From contig NC_009925.1 in assembly GCF_000018105.1 (NCBI RefSeq), positions 6,150,001-6,182,000 of the forward strand: a stretch of 32,000 bases of DNA, read 5' to 3'. Source of the DNA: Acaryochloris marina MBIC11017. Lineage in GTDB: Bacteria; Cyanobacteriota; Cyanobacteriia; Thermosynechococcales; Thermosynechococcaceae. Positions 8,316 to 16,349 of the stretch are shown piece by piece. Every line of letters starts with the position of its first letter. The stretch's first letter is position 1. The notes under the pieces are model-generated. The model was not told the origin of the DNA and ran no database searches. It saw nothing but the letters and a program-made list of their open reading frames with translations. The translations under genes and the position numbers were made by a program.

Positions 8316-11300
8316 GATTCAATCGCTCCCAAGCGGTGCAGCATCTGGCGGCGCGATTCCGTGAGGCCCCGCGTTCCTGAAATATCCAGTCCTTCGTAGG
8401 GGCGCTCTAGGGACAGGGTTCCTAACGGTTGACCAGACGCTAGGGACCACAGCCGTAAGGTGCCGTCTTGTCCCCCACTTACCAAATATTGACTATCGGG
8501 GGTGAAAGCTACGGACCAGACCGAGTGGGTATGCCCGGTGAGAATCTGGAGACATTGTCCTGTCCGAGCATCCCAGAGTCGAACGGTGTTGTCCGCACTG
8601 CCGCTGGCAATATATTGCCCATCTGGACTGATTTGGACAGTCAAAGCGAGGCTACTATGACCTTTCAGGATTTGGTAACAGTCTGCTGTGGAGAGATGCC
8701 AAAGTCGGATCATCCGGTCTTCACTGGCCGTTGCCAGGATATCTCTAGCGGCACTGACGGACCAAACGCTGCCAGTATGCCCGGTCAAGGTGTGGCAACA
8801 GTCACCAGTGCGCATATCCCATACTTTAATGGTTTGATCCGCACTACCACTGATCAGGATATTGTCCGAGAAAGTGATGGATAAGACCCAGCTGTCATGG
8901 CCAGTGAATGTCCTGAGGGTGTGGTGATTAACGACATCCCAAAGCCGAATCTGATGGTCAGCACTGCCACTAACAAGGGTCTGACCGTCGGGGCTAAAGG
9001 CAATTGCCCATATCGGGCCACTATGGCGAGGGGTCATGGTAAACTGCCGCCCGGTTCCAGGCTCCCAAAGCTGGACGGAGCCATCTTCTCCACCGCTGGC
9101 AACAAGTTGCCCATCGGGGCTAAAAGTGACTTGGCGAGCTGAGGATTGTAGATGGCGCTGCCGACAATGCTGCTGATTTAGATCCCACAGCCTAACCACA
9201 TGATCGGTACTGCCGCTAGCAACGGTTTGACCATCTGGACTTATCGCTACAGACCAAACCCCGTTGGTATAGCCTTGAAGAGTGCAGAGTCGCTGTAGGT
9301 CCTGCTGTAGCTGCCAGACTCCTAGCATTTGCTTATCGCAAGCTAGAAGCAGACCATTCTGACTAAAGTCGACGGCCCAGATTTGACGGTCGTATGTGGC
9401 CTGGGACTGCAGCAGTTCTCCGGTGGGAACTCGCCAACATTTGAGGAATTGGCGATCGCCTGCCCCTAATATTTCTCCATCCGCACTAAAGGCCATCGAC
9501 CATACAGACGTTAACGCCTCAATCACATGAATGCATTCCTGGGTGCTCACCTGCCAGAGACGAATCGTTTGGGCATCGCTGCTGGCTAAATATTGGCCAT
9601 CGGGACTCACGGCAATACAGGTAATGGGTAGGGAATGTCCGGTGAAAGTGGCTAGGAGCCTAGAGGTTGGATGCCACAGTCGAACCGTTTGATCAGCACT
9701 GCCACTGGCGATCCATTCCCCCTCTGGATGGTAGGCAACGGCAGTGACGCCATCAGTATGCCCGGTCAAGATGCGAATACAGGTTCCTGTCGTCACATCC
9801 CAAAGGCGAAGGGTGCAGTCATTACTGCCACTGACCAGAGTTTGACCCTTTGGGCTAAAGGCAATGGACCAAATCCGATCCTGATGGCCGCAGAGAGTTT
9901 GTTGTCCCTGGCCCTGCTCCAGATCCCAGAGCGAAATGGTTTGATCGAAGCTGCCGCTGGCGAGGGTTTGACCATTGGGGCTAAAGGCAATGGACCAGAT
10001 GGTTTCTGGATGGGCCTGGCAGGAAAATAACAGCTTGCCATCGTTAACTCGCCAGATTCTAGGAATGCCATCGGTATGGGCAGTGGCGACCCATTCGCCG
10101 TTGGGGCTAAACGTGGCGTCACAGATATCGCCAAAGGTCTGGGTGAAAACGCTGTTAGCGATATCAGTATTCTTAAAACTTACACGGTGCAGGTTAATTC
10201 CTTGGAGATAGGCTTGCCAAACGGTGAGATGGGAAAAGTCATAGCCTGTGAGATCGATATTGAAGTACACCAGCAGATTGAGAAGATTGCCCGCAGCATA
10301 GCTGGGCTGCGACGAGAGTTGTGACAGTATCTGCTTAATATGAACCTCAATCTGGGTGGGGCTGCCCAGTCTCTTTAGAAGCCGTTCGGCTATAGGGGCC
10401 AACACCAAGCGAATTTGGCAGTCGCGCAGATAGTCTGGGCTGTCTGCTTTGATCAGGGCATGGGAGTAAAATAGGGAGGTCTCAGGCAGGGGCTGATCAA
10501 GGAGGTCTGCACTGACGGTATCAATCAAGCGATCGCAAACATACTCCATAATCACGGGCTGCAGGGTCAGCTGAAATACGGTGCTATCCCGTTCCAACAG
10601 TGAGCGCCGATCAATGGATTCGATGGTTTCTAGAAGATGAGTTGAGGGAACGAGAATTTCAGCTTGGAGGGTTTGGAGAGAGATGGGGGTGCGTGCGATC
10701 GCAAGCCAATACAGGACCTGTTGTTCTAAGGAAGATAACCGGTCAAACTGTTGATCCAGCAGGAGACGGATTTCACTAAAAGCAATTTGTTCTTGGTCGA
10801 GAAACCCTTGGATATCACCAGCAAAGAGATCTTGAATGGCGGTGGCAACAATCTTAAGGGCAAGGGGATTGCCCTGATAGGTTGCAACGAGCTGACTAGT
10901 GGCGGAATTGAGATGGATCAAGCCTTTTTGACTAAGAAGTTCCTGACCGGTTGATGTTTCTAAGCCCTGGAGCAGGTAAGTGCGAACGGGTGAGGCTTCC
11001 CCTTCCAAGGCTGCTATCCCTTGGGGCTTTTCACGGCTGGTTAGGATTAAGCAGCTTTGATGGTGAGTGCTGGCGATGTGGTGTAGCAGCTCCCCATACC
11101 CTTGAAAGTCAGACTGATACCGGCCAGCAGGACGACCGCGCTCCAGGATAGACTCCACATTATCAAGAATCAACAAACATCGAGACTGGCGCAAGTAGTT
11201 GATGAGTTGAGTGATTTGGCCATCCAAGTGCTGGGGCAGGTCAGCTTCCCGTTTCCCAGACAAGACTTGCAGGTAGTCCAGTAACAGCATCTCGATGGGG

Positions 11301-11821
11301 GGAGCGTTGCGCAGGGATCGCCAGATCAGGGTTGTAAATTGATTTTGAACCTGTTGGGCCAGCTTGACGGAGAGGGCCGTTTTTCCCATGCCGCCCATGC
11401 CCAGCAGGGTGACTAAACGACAGCGATCCGTGACGATCAAGTGGCTGACGGTTTTTAAGGCTTGATGGCGGCCATAAAAGGGGGTGATGTCGGGTGCTCC
11501 ACCCCAATCCTGTTGAGTGGGGACGGTCTGGAGGGGTGAAGGTTGCTCACAATCCTCTGGGGCCAAGTCGAGGGCTAATCCATAAAACAGAACCTGCAGG
11601 GTGGTGAAGTCTACGGTTTCTTGGCGCAGAATCTTGCGGACAGTGGTAGGGTGCAAGCCCTTGGGATCAATCATTTGAATCTGTTGGGCAATGCGGGCGG
11701 CATTATGTTTTACGCCCGTTTGGGCTTCTAATGCGAGTAACCGTTGCTGCAGTTTCATCATCCCGAGGGGCGTCAGTGAGAATCCGCGCTGACGCTGGGG
11801 TGCAGAAGATTGATGATCCAT
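8312..11821 (-). CDS. STAND NTPase: N-terminal HTH-like domain, NB-ARC ATPase and 14 WD40 repeats
   Basis: Walker A LLGMGGMGKTAL, Walker B CLLILDNVE, LILTSREKP, and the GxPLAL motif (QGNPLALKIV). Fourteen WD40 units follow (SGS.D.T.RLWD pattern). The stop TGA overlaps the ATG of the next gene (ATGA at 8312-8315). Confidence 0.9.
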   Translation of the reverse strand: MDHQSSAPQRQRGFSLTPLGMMKLQQRLLALEAQTGVKHNAARIAQQIQMIDPKGLHPTTVRKILRQETVDFTTLQVLFYGLALDLAPEDCEQPSPLQTVPTQQDWGGAPDITPFYGRHQALKTVSHLIVTDRCRLVTLLGMGGMGKTALSVKLAQQVQNQFTTLIWRSLRNAPPIEMLLLDYLQVLSGKREADLPQHLDGQITQLINYLRQSRCLLILDNVESILERGRPAGRYQSDFQGYGELLHHIASTHHQSCLILTSREKPQGIAALEGEASPVRTYLLQGLETSTGQELLSQKGLIHLNSATSQLVATYQGNPLALKIVATAIQDLFAGDIQGFLDQEQIAFSEIRLLLDQQFDRLSSLEQQVLYWLAIARTPISLQTLQAEILVPSTHLLETIESIDRRSLLERDSTVFQLTLQPVIMEYVCDRLIDTVSADLLDQPLPETSLFYSHALIKADSPDYLRDCQIRLVLAPIAERLLKRLGSPTQIEVHIKQILSQLSSQPSYAAGNLLNLLVYFNIDLTGYDFSHLTVWQAYLQGINLHRVSFKNTDIANSVFTQTFGDICDATFSPNGEWVATAHTDGIPRIWRVNDGKLLFSCQAHPETIWSIAFSPNGQTLASGSFDQTISLWDLEQGQGQQTLCGHQDRIWSIAFSPKGQTLVSGSNDCTLRLWDVTTGTCIRILTGHTDGVTAVAYHPEGEWIASGSADQTVRLWHPTSRLLATFTGHSLPITCIAVSPDGQYLASSDAQTIRLWQVSTQECIHVIEALTSVWSMAFSADGEILGAGDRQFLKCWRVPTGELLQSQATYDRQIWAVDFSQNGLLLACDKQMLGVWQLQQDLQRLCTLQGYTNGVWSVAISPDGQTVASGSTDHVVRLWDLNQQHCRQRHLQSSARQVTFSPDGQLVASGGEDGSVQLWEPGTGRQFTMTPRHSGPIWAIAFSPDGQTLVSGSADHQIRLWDVVNHHTLRTFTGHDSWVLSITFSDNILISGSADQTIKVWDMRTGDCCHTLTGHTGSVWSVSAARDILATASEDRMIRLWHLSTADCYQILKGHSSLALTVQISPDGQYIASGSADNTVRLWDARTGQCLQILTGHTHSVWSVAFTPDSQYLVSGGQDGTLRLWSLASGQPLGTLSLERPYEGLDISGTRGLTESRRQMLHRLGAIES
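8404..10099 (-). repeat. Fourteen tandem WD40-coding repeat units (about 126 bp each)
   Basis: Counted from the translation, from ATFSPNGEWVATAHTDG to VAFTPDSQYLVSGGQDGTLRLWS. Fourteen units are enough for two seven-bladed propellers. Confidence 0.8.
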
Positions 11822-11853
11822 ACTGACTAGGGTACTGCTCTGGGGGTATTACA

Positions 11854-11947
11854 GATACACTAGTGGACAACAGTTTCTAGATTATCCATTGCTGGTGTAC
11901 ATTCCAGAATTATTTCCGTTTTCCAGAATTAGTGTCACATACACTAG
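11854..11947. promoter_or_regulatory. Repeat cluster in the promoter region of the STAND/two-component operon
   Basis: ATACACTAG occurs at 11855-11863 and 11939-11947. TTCCAGAATTA occurs at 11902-11912 and 11921-11931. CACTAGTG (11858-11865) is palindromic. TAGTGT-CACAT-ACACTA (11930-11946) is an inverted repeat. Confidence 0.4.
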
Positions 11948-12254
11948 AAAAGTGACTGGTGGCTAGGAGATGTCTACGAGATCATTCGGTGAAGAATAAA
12001 AACGCAGAACCTTTTCCCCTCATAGCTTTCTGGATCTTTCAGACCTATCCGATCTCGATGCTAGTTGAATAATCTTTCTGATCTTAAGTGGACCAAATAG
12101 AATTTTTTGGTTCGTTTTCATGAAGTTAGTGTCGTGTAACGCCTCGCATCATAGGCTGACAAAGCACGTTACGGTTTGGCAGTCCGTGTGCATACGCTTG
12201 TTAGGCTGGGGGCGACCACTACTGTTCCTTTTTTTAACCAGAATTCCGACTGTG

Positions 12255-12692
12255 TTAGGTCTCGGTCTCATGGCAGACCGCTTCAATGTTGTGTCCGTCT
12301 GGATCAAGAACATATGCCGCATAGTACTGCCCACTGTACTGAGGACGTAGTCCAGGCGGTCCGTTGTCTTGCCCGCCTGCGTTGAGGGCGGCTCGATAGA
12401 ACGCGTCGACCTGATGCCGGCTCTCGGCTACAAATGCAATGTGTAGATGCGCGGGCGTCTCTTCCGTTTGGTACAGGCATAGGGAACTCGTGCCTGCTGG
12501 TTGACTAAGCTCAGCACCGTTTGGCGGCCAATCCGTGACTACAGTCACTCCAATTGGTTCGAGCGCTTTAAGGTAGAAGTTTCTGCTTAGCGCAAAGTCG
12601 CGAACGCCGAACTTTATATGGTCAAACACGAGTTCCCCTGTTGTACTTTGCTGGGTCAGCGGTAGTGTTTTACATGGCCTAACGATCAGCAT
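12255..12692 (-). CDS. VOC-family (glyoxalase/bleomycin-resistance/dioxygenase fold) protein
   Basis: FDHIKFGVRDFALSRNFY, HLHIAFVAESRHQVDAFY and YAAYVLDPDGHNIEAV are typical VOC blocks. The real start may be the GTG at 12629. Confidence 0.8.
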   Translation of the reverse strand: MLIVRPCKTLPLTQQSTTGELVFDHIKFGVRDFALSRNFYLKALEPIGVTVVTDWPPNGAELSQPAGTSSLCLYQTEETPAHLHIAFVAESRHQVDAFYRAALNAGGQDNGPPGLRPQYSGQYYAAYVLDPDGHNIEAVCHETET

Positions 12693-12776
12693 AACCGGGC
12701 AGCGAGGTTACGTGTTGATTTCAATTTTCGCCGGATTCGCCGCTTCGGTTAACGCTATTGTTAGCTGGCTACATAC

Positions 12777-13550
12777 TCACTCTTCATCAAGTTGACTGAG
12801 TCGCTCGTCGATGTAATCAAAGCAGTCTTGCGAGCCCGAAATCTCCCAAGTCTCGTGGTCCCAGTCTACGGTAGTGTACGTATCAGCTTGACGGTAGAAA
12901 CACTGAGCATTTCCGGTACCATCTTGGTGGAACTCAAGAAGGTCAGAGTAACGGTAGTCCTCTGGATACACGTTTTGCTCTTTGCAAATCGGGTCCATCA
13001 TCTTGGCCATTACCGAGATGTCTTGGCTACCGAGAATTGGTCCAAATCCATCATGAACTGCGTACAGTCTCGTGAGATCAGGCGGGACCACCCAGTCGAA
13101 TTCGGTCAAGCATAAGTTTGGTTGGACGTCGGTATTTGGTAAGCCACCCGTGTAGACGTGATAATATTGGCGACCGTCGTACAGCACCATGTCAAGAAAG
13201 TAGTGAAGTACCCAAAAGCCATCTTTTTCTTCAGCATACAAGTGGCTGCAGCGGCCTCTCAGCACACTCAGTAAACTGGGAATTTCAACGGCGATTGGGG
13301 CGAACAGATTGTCGATAGCAGCTTGAATATTGAGATTGCCCACGTGAGCCCAAGGGCAGTATTCGGGCATTTCGCCCAATGGGTGCAATACAGTACCACG
13401 ATTGAGATAAATGAGCCGAATGGCGTCGAACCCGTATTCATCAACGAGGCGTCGTTCTAAGTCAGTTGTCCGGACATATTCCGGGCCAAATTCCTTATTC
13501 GGGTCTCGTAGGAGCTGCGACTGATACGTGCTCTTAAGTTGCTCAAACAT
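12777..13550 (-). CDS. SMI1/KNR4 (SUKH-1)-like protein with an N-terminal extension
   Basis: The C-terminal half carries SUKH-like blocks: VPPDLTRLYAVHDGFG, LLEFHQDGTGNAQCFY, and VDWDHETWEISGSQDCFDYIDERL. Confidence 0.6.
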   Translation of the reverse strand: MFEQLKSTYQSQLLRDPNKEFGPEYVRTTDLERRLVDEYGFDAIRLIYLNRGTVLHPLGEMPEYCPWAHVGNLNIQAAIDNLFAPIAVEIPSLLSVLRGRCSHLYAEEKDGFWVLHYFLDMVLYDGRQYYHVYTGGLPNTDVQPNLCLTEFDWVVPPDLTRLYAVHDGFGPILGSQDISVMAKMMDPICKEQNVYPEDYRYSDLLEFHQDGTGNAQCFYRQADTYTTVDWDHETWEISGSQDCFDYIDERLSQLDEE

Positions 13551-13710
13551 GCCTTTGTCAGCTAACAGCTCGTACTCAGGGGCACGAGCAATATTTTAAA
13601 GAGTTCAACCTGTCGGAAAGTTTGAGCGTCCTTTGCAGCACATGGTTTGAAAACGTCTAAAAACTGCAATATGCTCACAAATTACGATCACCCAAAAACC
13701 GTAAAAGGCG

Positions 13711-14229
13711 TTAGTCTACGTTAATTGATTGGATAATCTTATCAAAAACTTGACGATCACGCTCCCAAAGACTGCTCTCTGCTGATGCAGCAACAAATAG
13801 TCTTGTTCTCCCATTTAATCTAAAAATAAGTTCCCAGCTATGTAGCTGAATGTGATCGATCTGATGCGTATATTCTAATCGACCCACATTGATACCATTA
13901 TCAAGTTCAAATTCATCAGCTAAGATTCTTTGGAAATTTTTCTTCTGCTCTTTTAAGGACCTACTTAAATCACTCAAAGATTGCTTTAGACTTCTATTCT
14001 CACTATCTCTTCTAAATTCAAAGAATACATTAGCTTGCCAAGCTTCCTCAGAAACAGAATTTATAACCAGTAGCCCATCTACATCGTTAAGCGCTTCAGA
14101 TTGCCATGACGAAGGAATTTGAAAGTTAATATCCTTATATTTCACTGTTTTGTTATCAATATTTCTGCAAGAAAAAATCATTATAGAAATAAGCATAACC
14201 ACAATAATCTTTTTCGACCGTAGAAACAT
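13711..14229 (-). CDS. AT-rich putative lipoprotein
   Basis: The ATG at 14229 gives MFLRSKKIIVVMLISIMIFSC, a signal peptide plus a lipobox-like IFSC. The track extension to 14334 starts at TTG and is probably non-coding. The gene is visibly much more AT-rich than its neighbours. Confidence 0.5.
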   Translation of the reverse strand: MFLRSKKIIVVMLISIMIFSCRNIDNKTVKYKDINFQIPSSWQSEALNDVDGLLVINSVSEEAWQANVFFEFRRDSENRSLKQSLSDLSRSLKEQKKNFQRILADEFELDNGINVGRLEYTHQIDHIQLHSWELIFRLNGRTRLFVAASAESSLWERDRQVFDKIIQSINVD

Positions 14230-14560
14230 ATCAAAGCCTGAAATATCTCTTCTAAATAAGAGGGAGTTTAGCAAGAGTATAGACACATGAGCAAAAACTA
14301 GTTTCTTATAGGCTGAAGACAAGTAGAGCAGCAAATTGTTCTAGGGTTTACGATGCTTATTTCCTGAACTCAAGGTGGGGATGGGCCAATGCAGAGGGAT
14401 GATGCCCGAATTAAGCTCAGGTCTACTCTGGAATCAAATTGTGGCAAAGCATTAGAGTGATCGAGGAGGATTTTATCCGTATTCAACTGCATGTTAAAGT
14501 TCGATGGAAGACCGGGGATGAGTTCTCCCTTGGGTAATCTTTAAAAAGGACACGGCTAGG

Positions 14561-15796
14561 TTGGATTTTGATGCGCTGGTAGTTGGAGCAGGCCCCGCTG
14601 GGATGATTATTGCGGCGGCTTTGGCTGAGCAAGGCGTAAACGTCGGCAGCCTGACGGCTAGTCCGCTGAGGCAAGTCTGGCCGAATACCTACGGGATCTG
14701 GCGGGATGAACTAGAAGCGTTGGGATTAACGGACTTATTAGGCCATTGTTGGGACAATTGTGTTTCCTATTTTGGTAAAGGGGAAGTCAACCACGGTCGT
14801 GCCTACGGTTTATTCGACAAAGTCAAGCTGCAAAACCACCTGCTGGCCCAATGCGAAGCTGGGGGAGTGACATGGCAGCAAGGTGAGGCCACCCAGATAG
14901 AGCATGATCATAAGCACTCAATCGTCACGACGGGGGCGGGGGAATCCATACGGGTCAGGGTGGTGATTGATGCCAGCGGCCACAAGCCGATGTTTATCCA
15001 GCGGCCAGATCAAGGGGCGGTTGCCTTTCAAACGGCCTATGGTATCGTCGGACATTTTTCTGCACCTCCTGTTGAGCCGCAACAATTCGTGCTTCAGGAT
15101 TTTCGCAGTGAGCATCTATCGGTGACCGAACGGGCCACCGAACCGCCGACCTTTCTCTATGCCATGGATTTTGGGGATGATGTCTATTTTGTGGAAGAGA
15201 CATCTCTGGCGATGGCCCCTCCAGTCAGTTTTGAACTCCTAGAGCGACGCTTGCACCAACGATTGGCTGCCCGAGGTGTTCAGGTGACTGCTGTCCAGGA
15301 GGTAGAACGCTGCATCTTTCCGATGACGCTCCCCTTGCCCGATCTCCATCAGCCTGTGGTGGCTTTTGGTGGGGCGGCGAGTATGGTACACCCGGCTTCG
15401 GGGTATATGGTTGGGGCGCTGCTGCGCCGTGGACCGGGTTTGGCCGCAGCGATTGCCACCGCCCTCCAGGATGCTCAAGCTGGGCCAGCCGAGATCGCCC
15501 GGAAGGCATGGCAGGAGCTATGGAATCGAGATCGCCTCCGCAAGTACTATCTCTATCGGTTTGGCCTGGAGAAGTTAATGCGGTTTGATCAGGGCCTATT
15601 AAACCAGCATTTCGATACGTTCTTTAGTTTGCCTAAAAATCAATGGTCGGGATTTTTAGCCGATACCCTATCGACACCCGAGTTGGTTGGAGTGATGATG
15701 CGCTTATTTGCCATTGCCCCCAATTCTTTGCGCTGGGGGTTGCTGCAAATGCCGGGCCAGGAAAGCAATCTGCTTTGGCAATCAGTCGCTTCCTAA
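14561..15796 (+). CDS. crtL: Lycopene beta-cyclase, cyanobacterial CrtL type
   Basis: N-terminal FAD/NAD fold DALVVGAGPAG. Conserved CrtL blocks are WPNTYGIW, FLYAMDFGDDVYFVEETSLA, FGGAASMVHPASGYMVGALL and GLEKLMRF. At 411 aa it matches the known CrtL length. The start is TTG. Confidence 0.9.
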   Translation: MDFDALVVGAGPAGMIIAAALAEQGVNVGSLTASPLRQVWPNTYGIWRDELEALGLTDLLGHCWDNCVSYFGKGEVNHGRAYGLFDKVKLQNHLLAQCEAGGVTWQQGEATQIEHDHKHSIVTTGAGESIRVRVVIDASGHKPMFIQRPDQGAVAFQTAYGIVGHFSAPPVEPQQFVLQDFRSEHLSVTERATEPPTFLYAMDFGDDVYFVEETSLAMAPPVSFELLERRLHQRLAARGVQVTAVQEVERCIFPMTLPLPDLHQPVVAFGGAASMVHPASGYMVGALLRRGPGLAAAIATALQDAQAGPAEIARKAWQELWNRDRLRKYYLYRFGLEKLMRFDQGLLNQHFDTFFSLPKNQWSGFLADTLSTPELVGVMMRLFAIAPNSLRWGLLQMPGQESNLLWQSVAS

Positions 15797-15810
15797 TCGT
15801 AAAATCGCCG

Positions 15811-16290
15811 CTAGCTGGGTTTTCCCAATAACGCCTGCCAAGCTTGAAATATTGGTTCGAAGGTTCCTGGCTGTTGGGGATAAAGAATGACATTATTTGG
15901 GATTTGTACCCAAGGTTGAGCACTGGCTACCCAGAGATGTGCAACGGGCACGAGCCATTTTGTGTTGTCGAGGGTTCCAGGCTTCACGTTAAAAATTCTT
16001 GGGTTGCGTTCTGGTGCATGATAAATGCGCGTTCCACAGCTAGGGCAAAATGCACAATCGACACGCCGACCACTAGCCGACTCCCTAGTCCAAGTTTTCA
16101 ACACACCTTTCCGTAATTGGAACCCTGTTCTATCAACTGGCATAGATAATCCAAAACTTGCTGATGATTGCTGTTGACACTCTGTGCAATGGCAGACATA
16201 CAAGGCTTTCGGCTGTAGAGTTATTTCATATCGAATTTCGCCGCACTGACAACCACCTGCTAAGGGTAGTGGTATTACGAGTTTTGACAT
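15811..16290 (-). CDS. GFA-family (glutathione-dependent formaldehyde-activating / CENP-V-like) zinc protein
   Basis: Cys pattern GGCQCG, CHCTECQ and CAFCPSCG. It is convergent with crtL, with a 14-nt gap. Confidence 0.85.
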   Translation of the reverse strand: MSKLVIPLPLAGGCQCGEIRYEITLQPKALYVCHCTECQQQSSASFGLSMPVDRTGFQLRKGVLKTWTRESASGRRVDCAFCPSCGTRIYHAPERNPRIFNVKPGTLDNTKWLVPVAHLWVASAQPWVQIPNNVILYPQQPGTFEPIFQAWQALLGKPS

Positions 16291-16343
16291 TTGACGGCCC
16301 GCCCCTTGGCTACTTACAGAATAACGGTTGTATCTTACTCAGG

Positions 16344-16349
16344 TAGTTA
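16344..16349. repeat. Left copy of the direct target-site duplication of the IS5-like element (TAGTTA)
   Basis: TAGTTA(G) at 16344-16349 is repeated at 18047-18052, immediately outside imperfect IRs. Confidence 0.65.

Noticed and set aside
8468-10324. Several 80-140-codon ORFs lie antisense to or overlapping the WD40 gene (for example 8468-8884, 9671-10030, 9793-10134).
   Set aside because: They lie entirely inside a strongly supported 1169-aa gene, have low-complexity Gly/Pro/Ala-rich translations and carry no motifs. Shadow ORFs of this kind are typical of repetitive GC-balanced coding DNA. The same reasoning applies to the ORFs inside the LAL genes (24257-24469, 25135-25413, 26799-27017, 28523-28903).
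14377-14521. MalT-box-like motifs (GGGGATGGG, AGGGATGATG, CGGGGATGAG) occur upstream of crtL, in a window that also encodes MalT-like regulators.
   Set aside because: The motifs are short and G-rich and could easily occur by chance. The E. coli MalT box need not apply to these distant paralogues. The repeats next to the LAL genes have a different sequence.
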